Of a stretch of 64,000 bases of DNA, positions 9,867-21,329 are shown in pieces (positions within the stretch are counted from its first letter, which is position 1; every line of letters starts with the position of its first letter). Location: contig CAWJQQ010000009.1 of the NCBI GenBank assembly GCA_963845065.1, forward strand, positions 544,001-608,000, written 5' to 3'. The translations under genes and the position numbers were made by a program. Below the pieces are notes generated by a model, which saw only the letters and a list, made by a program, of their open reading frames with translations, made no database searches and was not told the DNA's origin. This stretch comes from Nitrospirota bacterium (lineage in GTDB: Bacteria; Nitrospirota; UBA9217).

Positions 9867-11250
9867 ATGAACTCTCCCGCCACTAAACTACAAGAGCGAT
9901 TGTAACGGGTATTCACGGTTCTCCGGTGGATGCGAACTGAAAGCATGGCTCTCAGTGCGGCTTATTCCCATTTCCACGCCGTTACTTCGGGCAGTTCCTG
10001 CCCTAGTTGCTGCTCTTTCCTTAACAGCATGGAACGCTTCTTTTGTCTTACCGAGAGTTCGCTGGCCAACAACATCGTGATTCCCTTTTTCTTGATAACG
10101 AGGTAGGCGTTGGAATGGTTTTCGCTAAATCCGTAGTTCTGGCATATGAACACCGCTTGAGATTGGCGAGTGTACGGGTTAGTGCGTGAACACTCCTGCG
10201 TTGTGCCCTGTGGTGGTACTGTGATTACAAGTTTCTGTACTCTTCTTGCTTTGTAGATAGTAAACAGCTTGACGTTGCACAGGCAGATTCCAGAATAGCC
10301 TTAATGAACACGGTTTTTGCCGCGGTATCGTTCGGCAAATACTTACCGTTATTTGCTTGTCTTCGTTTCGGCGCCTTGGTCATGTTCTGTACATTTAACG
10401 CCACAAACACAAAAACCTCTGCATCGGAATCAATAATCTTTCTGCTGGTTTTATGGTCAAAATTATGCCGGACAATGGCGGCATGAGCATGGCATTTTGC
10501 TACGTTGTTGCCTGACCGTTCCTAAAACCATCACTGCTGTCCAAAACAGCCTTAGATCAAACACACTCCCCGTTTACCTGCTTCCTTGGTGATTCCTAAT
10601 GGATGTCAGCAATGTATATTCTGAATGGGCTTTGAAGCAAAGCTCACCAATATAGCGTGTTTTCGCGCCGAGAATCAGCTTGTGATCACAGATCATTTTG
10701 CCTTGTTTGCTTTTTATCTTTTGCTGTAGGTTTAAACTGGAATAGATCACTCGTGAGTCATACGGTTTGATGGCCTCATTTCTTTTTGAAGGTAGGCCGT
10801 TTAGCCAGCCCATTCCAATACCGACGCATGGCCCCCATGAAGCGTATTGCACGATTACGAAGTATCTGGGAAGTCAAATCGTATAAGAACGGAGTAGGAT
10901 TATCATCCTCGAATTGAGCTTAATGCTGATCAATAGGAGGAGTTAGGATGCCGGTCAAAGCGAGAGTGCGGTCACAAAATACGTGGAAGTAATAGTCCTC
11001 GGCGACCTTAGCGTTGTATACCAACCATTAACAACCTACCCATTGAGACAACACCTCTTCCTGCTTCTCCGTAGGATAGGCCCTGAATTTGACTCTGCTT
11101 GATAGGCACAAGGTTAATAGTCCCAACGTGAACATTATATCACATATGTGTATACATGTCTACTTTTGTGGCATGAAAAGCATCAACCCAGTAAAGTTAC
11201 ATGGCATCCGCTTGACTCCTCCCGGCGATTTACTCCGGGGAATGCGCGGA
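9867..11250 (-). mobile_element. tnpB: Full-length but heavily decayed tnpB-only IS200/IS605-family element
   Basis: Minus-strand pieces: VKFRAYPTEKQEEVLSQWVGC*WLVYNAK...SQILRN...RPTFKKK; LNVQNMTKAPK...NGKYLPN; VPPQGTTQECS; GFSENHSNAYLVIKKKG. Left-end hairpin near 11208-11248; right end TAGTGGCGGGAGAGTTCAT at 9867. Confidence 0.85.
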
Positions 11251-11398
11251 CAGGAATTAAAGAGAAAATCTAACAATACTTGATGAACGTCATGCAAATC
11301 GGTTATGCAGGAATTTATCATAGCAGTATTGGCTATGCCTTTTGATTCCAGATCGAACACAGATTATTTAGTGGAAGGAAAAGAATGGTGGAACAGGA

Positions 11399-13300
11399 TC
11401 AGAACAAGTCCGGTGACGGTCGCTTTATGAAGTAACCTTGGGCAAAATTAATACCTGCGGATTCAACGTTTGCAAGAATCTCATCGGATTCCACGTATTC
11501 AGCTATGGTTTTAATGCCCAGGTTGGCCGCCAAGGCAGCAATGCTCTTTACTATTTCTTTTTCAATGGAGCTATTACCGCCCATATTCCGCACGAATTCG
11601 CCGTCAACTTTCAGGAAGTCAATACTGAAGGTCTTGATGTAGTGGAATGATGAATAGCCTGATCCGAAGTCGTCAATGGCGAAGCGAAACCCTTCATGCT
11701 TCAGTTCTATTATGAACGATTCGATGAGCTTCAGGTTTTTGACCGTATCGCGCTCTGTGATCTCGAAGATCAGCTTCGACGGATCCATTCCGTAATCCCG
11801 TAGCATCTTGCGAATTGTAGGCATGAACTCTTTCAGGATAAGAGCTTTAGGTGATAGGTTGATGAATAGGTTTCCATGGTAACTGCTTTCGCGCACTTTG
11901 GAGAGCGCATGCTCGAACAGCTGGTAATCAATCCTCCCGATGACTCCCATTCCCTCTGCCGTTTCAATAAATTCGGCGGCGGGAATGATCCTATCATTCA
12001 TCTTGATCCTCGTGAGAACTTCATAGGCATTGATGCTGTGGTCAATGACGTTCATGATGGGTTGGAAATAGGGTATGATCCGGTGCTGCGCAAGCGCATT
12101 GAGGATCAGGATGTTTTTTTCGCCCATGCTTTTGAGAACTTCGACATCGTCTTGCTCGCTTGGCAAACTGAGCCGGTCCTTTCCTAATGATTTCGACTGC
12201 GTGAGCATGTTGTCGGCGAGCAGAAATAAGTCCTTTGCTTCCCTTGCATTGTCGGGGTATACGGCGATACCGATCGACACGGTGCCCTTGATGGCTACGC
12301 CCTGCACAAGCGGAAAAGAATAGCTCCTTACGCCGTCGATGATGCGTCTGGCAACGATGCGGGCCTGGCCTTCATCGCACACCGGAAGAATTGCAGCGAA
12401 CTGGTCTCCATAGTATCGCGAAGCAATGTCGCCGTTCCTTGTAGCACTTTTTAAAATCGATGAAAACTCTCTCAGGAAGTTGTCTCCGGTTTCATGTCCG
12501 TAAGTGTCGTTGATGACCTTGAAATTGTCGATATCGATGACGAGGAGTGAAAATTTGTACTCCTGTCTAGTGGAGCGGCTTGTTTCGTATTCGAGCAGGT
12601 CCCAGAATGCTATCTGATTATACAGGTTGGTAAGAGGGTCGCGCGTGGCGAACCGTTCCACCTCCCGCGTGTACGCGGCAAGCGCCTTGACGGAACTGAT
12701 TACGTTAACAAACGCAGTTAATGCGCTCTCGATGACGACTAGGTCCGTAAGATGAAGCCGTGCACGTGTAGGCAGACCGATCCCGACGAACCCGCTTTCG
12801 AGTGGCGTATTGATGTGAAATGTCTTGTCGAGAAGCTCGATATCCTCAGTCCTAATGGAGGAGAGGGATGATCCGGTAAGCGCCGTAGAGTGAATGATGT
12901 TGAAATCTAGAATATTCTTGAACTCATTATTTTCGGCCACTTTTTGTTTCAGCATCCCTTCGACGGCTTTTATTGTGTCCTGTGAGGGGGTCTTCAGCCA
13001 GAAAAGCTCTATGTTCCGTTTATCATTCTCGCCAATCTGAAAGGCGTACAAAAAATAAATGTCCACGATGTCCGCCGCGTCAATGAGAATACTCTTGACC
13101 TGGTTTCTCCAGCGTTTTGCAGAGATCGAATTCTTTCCGGTTTCCTTGATCAAGCGCTCTTGGAACTTCATGACTCGGGAGGACTTGGTGCCGCGGAACC
13201 AGAGATGGGAAAACGAAGTCGTAGACATGAGTACTGTTCCTCGTCGATTGCCTGAAGAGTGTCCGTGCCACCTTTTGAGATCAATTACCCAGAGTGGCAC
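11399..13300 (-). CDS. GGDEF-EAL c-di-GMP protein (degenerate GGDEF, intact-looking EAL); start uncertain
   Basis: DPLTNLYN, DIDNFKVINDTYGHETGD, RYYGDQF; YEVLTR, FEITE, DDFGSGYSS, KVDG, AEYVE, QGY. Confidence 0.9.
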   Translation of the reverse strand: MPLWVIDLKRWHGHSSGNRRGTVLMSTTSFSHLWFRGTKSSRVMKFQERLIKETGKNSISAKRWRNQVKSILIDAADIVDIYFLYAFQIGENDKRNIELFWLKTPSQDTIKAVEGMLKQKVAENNEFKNILDFNIIHSTALTGSSLSSIRTEDIELLDKTFHINTPLESGFVGIGLPTRARLHLTDLVVIESALTAFVNVISSVKALAAYTREVERFATRDPLTNLYNQIAFWDLLEYETSRSTRQEYKFSLLVIDIDNFKVINDTYGHETGDNFLREFSSILKSATRNGDIASRYYGDQFAAILPVCDEGQARIVARRIIDGVRSYSFPLVQGVAIKGTVSIGIAVYPDNAREAKDLFLLADNMLTQSKSLGKDRLSLPSEQDDVEVLKSMGEKNILILNALAQHRIIPYFQPIMNVIDHSINAYEVLTRIKMNDRIIPAAEFIETAEGMGVIGRIDYQLFEHALSKVRESSYHGNLFINLSPKALILKEFMPTIRKMLRDYGMDPSKLIFEITERDTVKNLKLIESFIIELKHEGFRFAIDDFGSGYSSFHYIKTFSIDFLKVDGEFVRNMGGNSSIEKEIVKSIAALAANLGIKTIAEYVESDEILANVESAGINFAQGYFIKRPSPDLF

Positions 13301-13428
13301 TCATAGCCGGGTTCTGGTACAGTAGGAAACATGTCGTGATTATAGCTATAAGTATATCGCAGGGGTTTGGATTGTCAACCGTGAAAAAACCGAAAAAACG
13401 CTTGCAAAGGTGCGGAGAAAAAGCGAAA

Positions 13429-14994
13429 ATGAGCGCTATGCATGATCGCTCACTCAAACATGATGTGGCGCAGATGGTGATGCCGCGCCTCGATGGTGGC
13501 ATGCTTGAAGACCCCCGATATTTTCTTCAGGCTAAGACGCTTATTCAGGAAGGGATCGGTGGGTTCATCTTGTTCGGTGGTTCTATCGCACTAACGCCAA
13601 AACGGCTTCAGGAACTTCAATTATTCTCCGATATTCCACTATTAATTTCGTCCGATGTCGAGCGCGGCCTCGGCCAGCAGCTCGCAGGTGGGACGAGGTT
13701 TCCAAACCAGCGGGCCGTTGCTTCGGCCATCAACCGGCGATCGAAAAATGACATTGGACTTCTCGACCGGATGCTGGACGCGGTACGCATTGAAACGCGT
13801 GCTGCAGGCATCCATGCAGTCTTTTCACCTGTTGTCGATGTGAACAATAATCCAGACAATCCGATCATCTGCACGCGGTCGTTCGGCGATGAACCTGGTG
13901 TGGTAGAATGGTTCGGCTCACGATACATTAAACGGTTGCAAAAACCGTCGGCCAAGGGCCGGGTCGATCTCTTGGCCTGCGCAAAGCATTTCCCGGGACA
14001 TGGGGATACAGACCAGGACTCCCACTCCGTCCTTCCGGTAATCCATGCAGACCGGCAGCGTTTGAACCGTGTGGAACTCCCTCCCTTTCGGGAAGCGGTT
14101 AAGGACGGCGTCGGCATGATCATGGTAGCGCACCTGCTTGTACCTGCTTTAGAACCGGAAAAACCGACCACATTTTCAAAGAAAACCGTTATCGCGTTGC
14201 TGCGGGAAGGTATGGGATTCGGTGGCTTGATTGTGTCCGATGCCTTGGACATGGGCGCGCTCGCCAATAACTATTCAGCGGGTGAAATCGCTGTTAAGGC
14301 TGTAGAGGCGGGTATGGACATTCTCCTCCACCCGAGTGATGTGCACCAGACGATCGAAGCCGTCGTCTTTGCCGTGGAAGAGGGACGTCTTACTCGGCAG
14401 CACATTGCTGAATCCGTTGAGCGGATCATGGTGGCAAAGACGAGGTTGGGACTTTTCGATAAGACCGCGCGTACGATTAACGTCGATTACCGCAAACACG
14501 CAAACATAGCCCGCGAACTCGGCGGCAAGGCGCTCCGCGTCGTGTCAGGCAGTCAAAAAATGTTTCCCATCCCCAGGAAAGCAGGCGTGGCGTGTTTTAT
14601 TCTTGATGACGACAATAACACCGAGTCTGGCAACGAATTCATCCATGCAATGCGCGAGCGATATCGCAACTTATCAGTACTGGTGCTGACGCCCGGCTCC
14701 GATATGCCCGAATCCCTTGTGTTGGATAGCATCCTTGCAGCGGAATTAACGGTATTGGCCGTCTTCTCCAAAATCTCGGCGTCGAAAGGACACTCCGGGC
14801 TCACTAATAAACTTCGAGACGTAATACTCAAACTTTTGCACGATGCGCAGAAAGCGAATGGTAAATCCGTCCTGATTTCCTTCGACAGCCCCTATTTACT
14901 GGACCGATTCGTGGATGCAGACGTGCGCATAGCAGCATACGATCGCATGGATGAAATTCAGCATGCTGTAGCGTCGTTGTTGGCTGGGAAATAG
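13429..14994 (+). CDS. nagZ: GH3 beta-N-acetylglucosaminidase (two-domain NagZ)
   Basis: DVERGLG, PVVDVNNNPDNPII, KHFPGHGDT..DSH, SDALDMGA. Confidence 0.88.
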   Translation: MSAMHDRSLKHDVAQMVMPRLDGGMLEDPRYFLQAKTLIQEGIGGFILFGGSIALTPKRLQELQLFSDIPLLISSDVERGLGQQLAGGTRFPNQRAVASAINRRSKNDIGLLDRMLDAVRIETRAAGIHAVFSPVVDVNNNPDNPIICTRSFGDEPGVVEWFGSRYIKRLQKPSAKGRVDLLACAKHFPGHGDTDQDSHSVLPVIHADRQRLNRVELPPFREAVKDGVGMIMVAHLLVPALEPEKPTTFSKKTVIALLREGMGFGGLIVSDALDMGALANNYSAGEIAVKAVEAGMDILLHPSDVHQTIEAVVFAVEEGRLTRQHIAESVERIMVAKTRLGLFDKTARTINVDYRKHANIARELGGKALRVVSGSQKMFPIPRKAGVACFILDDDNNTESGNEFIHAMRERYRNLSVLVLTPGSDMPESLVLDSILAAELTVLAVFSKISASKGHSGLTNKLRDVILKLLHDAQKANGKSVLISFDSPYLLDRFVDADVRIAAYDRMDEIQHAVASLLAGK

Positions 14995-15224
14995 AATAAA
15001 GACAGAGAACAGAACCACTTCTACCTGCCATAAATGAGGCCCCTGACCTTGCCGCTTGGCTGACTCGCTATGCTAAGGGGACCGGTGTCAGGAGCACAGG
15101 AAACGAGTACCGCGGTTGATGCTGAGGATTTTGTACCGCTGATAGCGCGAAAAATAACGGGACGTCTAGTTATAAAAAGATCCTGCCTGCATTTTAAGAT
15201 GGGAAAACACGAAATGGCATGCGA

Positions 15225-15752
15225 TTAGCTATCCGTCTTGAGCACAGCAATATACGGAAGATTCCTATATAGCTCGTTGAAGTCCAAACCATATCCCACA
15301 ACGAACGCATCGGGGATTTCGAAACCGCGATACGCGATCGGGACGTCAACGAGACGGTGGCATGATTTGTCGAGCAGAACGGCAGCATTCAGGCTGGCAA
15401 GCTTCCTTTCCGAGAGCATCTTAATGAGACAGGCAAACGTCTTGCCGGTGTCAATGATGGTGTCGACGAGCAGTATATGCCTACCATCGATATCTGCCTC
15501 CAGATCTTTTTTAATGACAACATCCCTAGATGAAGTCGTGGATATGCCGTAACTTGAAGTTTGGATGAATTCGACAGTGAGCGGGCACGAGATACTACGC
15601 ACGAGGTCCGTCGTGAATATAACAGCACCTTTCAGGATACTGATGACTACTGGATTCTTCCCGGCATAATCCCGGGAGATCCGCACACCCAGTTCCTGGA
15701 CCTTGTCTGCAATGGTCACTTCGTCGAACAGGATTTTCCCAATTTCGCTCAT
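15225..15752 (-). CDS. hpt: Hypoxanthine phosphoribosyltransferase
   Basis: ILKGAVIFTTDL, SSYG, IIDTGKT, FVVGYGLD..YRNLPYI; PRPP loop reads VDTIIDTG rather than VEDIIDTG. Confidence 0.92.
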   Translation of the reverse strand: MSEIGKILFDEVTIADKVQELGVRISRDYAGKNPVVISILKGAVIFTTDLVRSISCPLTVEFIQTSSYGISTTSSRDVVIKKDLEADIDGRHILLVDTIIDTGKTFACLIKMLSERKLASLNAAVLLDKSCHRLVDVPIAYRGFEIPDAFVVGYGLDFNELYRNLPYIAVLKTDS

Positions 15753-15867
15753 ACTGTCAATATCTGTCTTCTACTTCTACGATACTCCTATAAAACTTTC
15801 CTATCTGCAAAAGATACAGCATATTGATATAATTGTAAAGAAAGACCTGCGGAGGAGGTGATAATTC

Positions 15868-16425
15868 ATGAAAAAAGAGGCCCTGCTTATTATAGATATG
15901 GTTAACGACTTCGTGCTTCCCGGGGCGCCGCTTGAAGTGCCTGAGACACGGAGAATAGTCCCGGTCATTGTACGGGAGATTGAAATAGCACGCGCCGCTG
16001 GTAGGCCCGTTATTTTTGTCTGCGATGCCCATGCCCCCGATGACAAGGAATTCTCGAAGTTCGGCTGGCCAGCCCATGCCGTAAAAGGTACGAAAGGAGC
16101 AGAGATCATAACCGAGTTAACGCCTGAAAAAGGCGATGTCGTCATTCACAAGACGACATATTCGGGATTCTTTGGTACCGACCTTGATAGGACCCTGAAA
16201 CTGCTCGGCGTCGGCTCACTCAGGCTTACTGGCGACGTTACGCATATATGCATCTTGTTCACAGCATCTGACGCAGTTCTTCGTGACTACACTGTATCGT
16301 TGGTCGAGGACGGAATTGCCGGCATTTCCCGGGAAGATCACGAGGCTGCTATTCGCATAATGAAAAATGTCCTAAACGTTGCAGTAGTACCATCGGGAGC
16401 AACTTCGGGCAGAAAAGCTGCATAA
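15868..16425 (+). CDS. pncA: Nicotinamidase / isochorismatase-family cysteine hydrolase
   Basis: IDMVNDF, DAH..DDKEF, WPAHAV, KTTYSGF, THICIL; next to a NAPRTase remnant. Confidence 0.82.
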   Translation: MKKEALLIIDMVNDFVLPGAPLEVPETRRIVPVIVREIEIARAAGRPVIFVCDAHAPDDKEFSKFGWPAHAVKGTKGAEIITELTPEKGDVVIHKTTYSGFFGTDLDRTLKLLGVGSLRLTGDVTHICILFTASDAVLRDYTVSLVEDGIAGISREDHEAAIRIMKNVLNVAVVPSGATSGRKAA

Positions 16426-16890
16426 TGATGGATTGCGGATCAATCGTCCGCATTCTAGAAGAGGCGCAATGGGAATTGGAAATGCGCGGGCTTGGCCATG
16501 TAAAATTTTATTTGAGCGGCGGCATCTCCGAGGAAGATATCCCGGTTCTCAATCCCGTAGTCCATGGATACGGAATCGGGACTTCGATTAGTAATGCGGC
16601 AGTTATCGATTTTGCCATGGACATCGTGGAGATCGAAGGGAAGCCGTTTCTAAAGCGTGGCAAATGGTCGGGAAGTAAGCGTGTGTTCCTCTGCACAAAA
16701 TATGGAACACAAAAGATCACCCCACTGACTTTAGTAGAGATACAAACATGCTCCTGCGGAGGCGTTTTTACGGATATGTTGAACCCCGTGCTCGATGACG
16801 GTAAACTGCTCGTGTAACAAGATCCGCCTGGCCGGATTCGGGAGACAGTGATGGCAGCCGTAAAACATTTGTACTTTGACCCGCCACCCA
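16425..16890 (+). pseudogene. pncB: Nicotinate phosphoribosyltransferase, C-terminal remnant only
   Basis: ILEEAQWELEMRG..VKFYLSGGI..GYGIGTSISNAAVIDFAMDIVEIEGKP..KRGKWSG; N-terminal part absent; TAA at 16815-16817 is followed by protein-like QDPPGRIRETV. Confidence 0.8.
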
Positions 16891-16939
16891 GTTAAGAATG
16901 CCTCGACTGACAGTTATTGTCTCTTGGGGGATAATTTGC

Positions 16940-17506
16940 ATGAAACTTAGTGTCTGGGCAAAACAGCAGGGGATAATCTATCACACGGCATGGAGATGGT
17001 GGAATACCGGAAAACTTCCTGTTGAAATAGAGCAGATGCTATCTGGCACGCTGATTGTCAAAGAGCATAAGTCCACTCCTGGCTCGGTTGCTCTTCATGC
17101 ATGCGTCTCTACTAATGACCAGAAGAAGGACCTCGGTGCGCAGCTTGGGCGGTTGTCGGCGTTTACGGCTTCAAAAGGCTGGATCGTATCTAAAACAATC
17201 GCGGAGATAGGTCCCGGTCTCAATGGACACAGGCCGAAGCTTATGAAACTGCTCGAAGACTCCAGTATTGGCGTTATTGTGGTTTTGCATCGTGATAGAC
17301 TTATGCGATTCGGTTCAGAGTATGTTGAGTCATCTCTTCGTGCCCAGGGGCGTCAACTTGTTATTGTAGATAAGACAGAACTCAAGGACGATTTGGCGCA
17401 GGATATGATAGAGGTACTTACGTCTTTCTGTGCTAGGCTCTACGGCCGAAGGTCCGCAGCGAATAAAGCAAAGAAAGCAATTGAGGCTATAGAAAATGGC
17501 AAGTAG
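16940..17506 (+). mobile_element. IS607-family serine recombinase TnpA, degenerate, no tnpB behind it
   Basis: MKLSVWAKQQG..YHTAWRWW HTH; YARVS motif altered to HACVS; HRDRLMRFG; DDLAQDMIEVLTSFCARLYGRRSA. Confidence 0.88.
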
Positions 17507-17615
17507 TAAAAAGACAAATCAAAAGGGCGGGGAAGATGATGTTAAATCTTTCACCGCCCATGCATTCTTAGTGGATAAAACGATAAAGGGTCATCCAGCA
17601 ATGCCCCCTTTTTTC

Positions 17616-19436
17616 CTATTCTATCCGTTCCCGGTTTTTCGGCCTCTTGCTTGATTCTAGGACTTTTTTCCGCAGCCTGATGGACTGCGGCGTCACTTCT
17701 ACCAGTTCGTCTTCCTTGATGAACTCAAGCGCCTGTTCAAGCGATAGCTGTCGGTGCGGTACGAGCCGGAGGGCTTCATCAGCTCCGGATGCACGCATGT
17801 TCGTTAGCTTCTTTTCTTTGATCACGTTAACATCGATATCGGCTTCACGGGAGTTCTCGCCTACGATCATGCCTTCATAAACAGCGGTGTTTTCCTTGAT
17901 AAACAGCTCACCGCGTGGCTGGATATGGTAAAGTGCATAGGTCGTGGTTTTCCCCCCCCGGTCGGACACGAGGGCGCCAGTGGCCCGTTTCGCGATTGGG
18001 CCTTGCCAGGGTTCGTACCCATCGAAGAGGTGGTTCAAGAGGCCGGTCCCGCGTGTATCGGTCAAAAACTCCGAGCGGAAGCCGATCAGTCCGCGCGCCG
18101 GAATGCGAAATTCGAGACGGACACGGCCGTGGCCGTTGTTCGCCATCTTCGTCATGCGGCCCTTGCGGGTCCCCAGTTTTTGTGTGACCACGCCGATGAA
18201 CTCCTCGGGGCAGTCGATGACCAGGTTTTCCATAGGCTCATAGGTCTTTCCGTCCCGTAGTTTGGTGATTGTCTCAGGCTGGGAAACCGAGAGCTCATAG
18301 CCTTCTCTCCTCATCATTTCGATCAAAATTGCGAGTTGGAGCTCGCCGCGGCCCAGAACTTTGAAGCTGTCCGTCGCCTCCGATATTTCTACCTTGATCG
18401 CTACATTGTATAAGAGTTCCTTCTCAAGCCGTTCCTTCAAGTGACGGGACGTAACGAATTTGCCTTCTCTGCCCGCGAAGGGCGAGTTGTTGATCGAAAA
18501 AAGCATCGAGATCGTCGGCTCATCCACAGCTATGCGCGGCAAGGGTTTCGGGTTTTCCGGGTCTGTAATCGTATCTCCGATGTTAACACCCTCGATGCCC
18601 GCCAGGGCGACAATGTCGCCGACGGAGGCTTTTTCAGTATCAACGCGTTTGAGTCCTTGAAACTCGAACATTGATGTGATCTTTGTTTTTACTAAGGCCC
18701 CGGTATGGGTGACTACGCCGATGGGCTCGGCAACCTTAGCGGTACCGGCAAAGATCTTGCCGATGGCCAGCCGTCCCACGTAATCATTGTAATCAATGTT
18801 CATAACCAGCAGTTGAAGCGGCGCCGTTTCGTCGCCTTCGGCAAGTGGGATCGTTTTTACAATCAAGTCAAAGAGTGGCTTAAGATCTTTTCCTTCATCT
18901 TCCATCTTGAGTTTAGCTATTCCGTCCCGAGCATTTGTGTAGACGATGGGGAAATCGAGCTGCGTGTCATTTGCATCGAGATCGATGAACAGGTCATAGA
19001 CTTCGTTCACTACTTCGCTGATACGTGCGTCAGGGCGGTCTATCTTATTGATGACTAGGATAGGCGGCAACCCCAGTTCCAGAGCTTTTTTGAGTACGAA
19101 TCGGGTCTGCGGAAGCGGTCCTTCCGATGCATCCACGAGCAGAAGTACACCGTCCACCATCTTGAGCGTGCGCTCCACTTCACCGCCGAAATCAGCATGA
19201 CCGGGCGTGTCAACAATGTTGATCTTGATTCCATTGTAATGTACGGCCGTGTTCTTTGCCATGATAGTGATGCCGCGTTCGCGCTCAAGGTCGATATTGT
19301 CCATGACCCGTTCCTGAATACGCTCATTATCGCGGAACGTACCGCTCTGGCGAAGGAGCGTGTCCACGAGTGTGGTTTTGCCGTGGTCAACGTGGGCGAT
19401 GATGGCAATGTTGCGTAAGTCCGTTCTTTTTAACAT
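17616..19436 (-). CDS. typA: Translational GTPase TypA/BipA
   Basis: [50 protein letters not shown]. Confidence 0.98.
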   Translation of the reverse strand: MLKRTDLRNIAIIAHVDHGKTTLVDTLLRQSGTFRDNERIQERVMDNIDLERERGITIMAKNTAVHYNGIKINIVDTPGHADFGGEVERTLKMVDGVLLLVDASEGPLPQTRFVLKKALELGLPPILVINKIDRPDARISEVVNEVYDLFIDLDANDTQLDFPIVYTNARDGIAKLKMEDEGKDLKPLFDLIVKTIPLAEGDETAPLQLLVMNIDYNDYVGRLAIGKIFAGTAKVAEPIGVVTHTGALVKTKITSMFEFQGLKRVDTEKASVGDIVALAGIEGVNIGDTITDPENPKPLPRIAVDEPTISMLFSINNSPFAGREGKFVTSRHLKERLEKELLYNVAIKVEISEATDSFKVLGRGELQLAILIEMMRREGYELSVSQPETITKLRDGKTYEPMENLVIDCPEEFIGVVTQKLGTRKGRMTKMANNGHGRVRLEFRIPARGLIGFRSEFLTDTRGTGLLNHLFDGYEPWQGPIAKRATGALVSDRGGKTTTYALYHIQPRGELFIKENTAVYEGMIVGENSREADIDVNVIKEKKLTNMRASGADEALRLVPHRQLSLEQALEFIKEDELVEVTPQSIRLRKKVLESSKRPKNRERIE

Positions 19437-20235
19437 GAAACTCCTTTTATTACCACGAATAAACCAAGTAAGTTGTATACATTACTGGCTTCGCGGAGGT
19501 TCTATCGGTTATGCAAAGCTGTGCATACTACCGTGTATCGCTATGTATTGTCAATGGAATAATAGGAAGAATTGCAAGAAGGACATGGACATCGCCGTGA
19601 AACTTAAATAAACGTCAGGCAGTGAATGCTACCGCAACCAAAGATAATACTAATCTATTGGTTGGGGCTTCCAAGCCATTCCATTAAGTACCCTGGTGTT
19701 GCTCTATTACAGACAAGCGGGTTTTTAAGCTGGAGTTGCTGTTCTGATATGGATGTTGGAAATTCATGAAATGTATTATACTATACTAATGTTCAGTTTG
19801 CCAAATATTGGAGAAATTTAAAGCCAACTAATTCATCACACAACCAATACGTCGTTTGGATGTGTGTTCTTGGTAGAGTGATAAATGATTGTGGTAATAG
19901 GGGAAGCGAATCTAATACTGCACATTAAGGAAGGTGATTTCTCATCATGGAGTTGTCCCCACTGCTTGGTAGTTGCAGGTAGCTAGCGGTGTCCGCCGAG
20001 GTACGCCTTGACAGCGAACGAGCCCAGTGATAGTGTTGAATTAGGATTTGAACTGTCCGAGAAAGCAAAACCTTACTTCTCGAGAAGAGAAGAGCAGTTG
20101 GTCTCTGAAAAGGGGAGATGGTAGAGTTGCCGATGAGAAATATCATTTGATTCGGTCGGTTTTTTTATTGACGAGCGTTAATCTCAGGTAATGTGAATTT
20201 TCTCGTATCAAAGTAGCTTGAAAGGAGAAGCAAAA

Positions 20236-20667
20236 ATGCCGAAAACAATTGAACAATCCATAATGCTTTCTGCACCGGCGGAAAAGTTGTATGAAATGTA
20301 CCTCAGCCCAAAAAAACATTCAGAGATCACAGGCGGCCCTGTTTCCATTAGTTCAAAGGAAGGGTCGAGGTTCCGGGCTTTCGACGGAATGATTTCGGGT
20401 AAAACGCTGTTAGTCATCCCAAAGTATATGATTGTGCAATCCTGGCGAGGCAGCCACTGGAAAAAAGAAGAGATCGACTCTATCCTAATTCTCACTTTTA
20501 TACCAGAGGGCGATAGGGGGAGGATCGAACTTGTCCACGCGAACGTGGCGGACAGCGATTACGATGGCGTCAAAGAAGGCTGGGAAAAATATTACTGGAA
20601 GCCTTGGCGGGAGTACCTTGCGAAATTGGAAAAGGATTTAAAAAAGACAAGAGCAAAGGCTGCATAA
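20236..20667 (+). CDS. SRPBCC/AHSA1-like domain protein
   Basis: HSEITGG...FDGMISGK...IVQSWR...GWEKYYW; AAGGAG RBS. Confidence 0.85.
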   Translation: MPKTIEQSIMLSAPAEKLYEMYLSPKKHSEITGGPVSISSKEGSRFRAFDGMISGKTLLVIPKYMIVQSWRGSHWKKEEIDSILILTFIPEGDRGRIELVHANVADSDYDGVKEGWEKYYWKPWREYLAKLEKDLKKTRAKAA

Positions 20668-20993
20668 TACATCTAAAAAATGGAAAATATACCAACACTG
20701 TTGAACACCGGAAAGCTGCGGGGTGAAATAAGGGCTTGAGAGGTTCCTCCCTAGCTGAACAAGCCTTAATATTCACCGCGCCCCTTTCCGGATATATATT
20801 ATCAATCAGGGTTCCCTTAGCTTTTGAACGGGGAGTATGATGCTTGGGGTTACAAGAGGTGATGTGCAATTCCCTTGAGCATTTTTTTAAGGATTAAACG
20901 CCCTCGGAAGTAAGAACGAACAACGCGAAGTAACTTAATTAGATAACGCGAGTAAGACAAGAGGTTCTGTGAATCGGGGCATTAACAACAATT

Positions 20994-21197
20994 ATGATAG
21001 TCAAGGAATACTGCGAAAGTATGGATAAACAGCTCGCTGCATGGCGGGCGAATGTCGAGAAGCTACTCCTGATAGCAAAAAATTTGTCGGAGAAGGACCA
21101 ACAAACCGATGAACGACAGCAAAAGGAACTTCAGTCCCTTGTCGCCGATATTGCAAGAGTATCTGCTCTCTTAAAATATGAGTGCTTGCCGGCCTGA
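20994..21197 (+). CDS. Small coiled-coil hypothetical protein
   Basis: 67 aa, helical composition, VKEYC...WRAN...EC pattern. Confidence 0.55.
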   Translation: MIVKEYCESMDKQLAAWRANVEKLLLIAKNLSEKDQQTDERQQKELQSLVADIARVSALLKYECLPA

Positions 21198-21329
21198 CGT
21201 ATCTGACGTTTTAGTGCTTCCTGGTTTCTCGAGTTGCGAACTATCAATTTGCCAGATTTACTATATGAATCTTGCTGGGGTGTACCAGTATGTCGGGACG
21301 AATGTAATCGTCCATTAGCTGTGTTGACT

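Noticed and set aside
19880..20150. Possible 6S RNA or riboswitch (GATTTCTCATC...GATGAGAAAT closing stem)
   Set aside because: No recognisable Rfam core. It reads equally well as a decayed small ORF (WSCPHC...*...).
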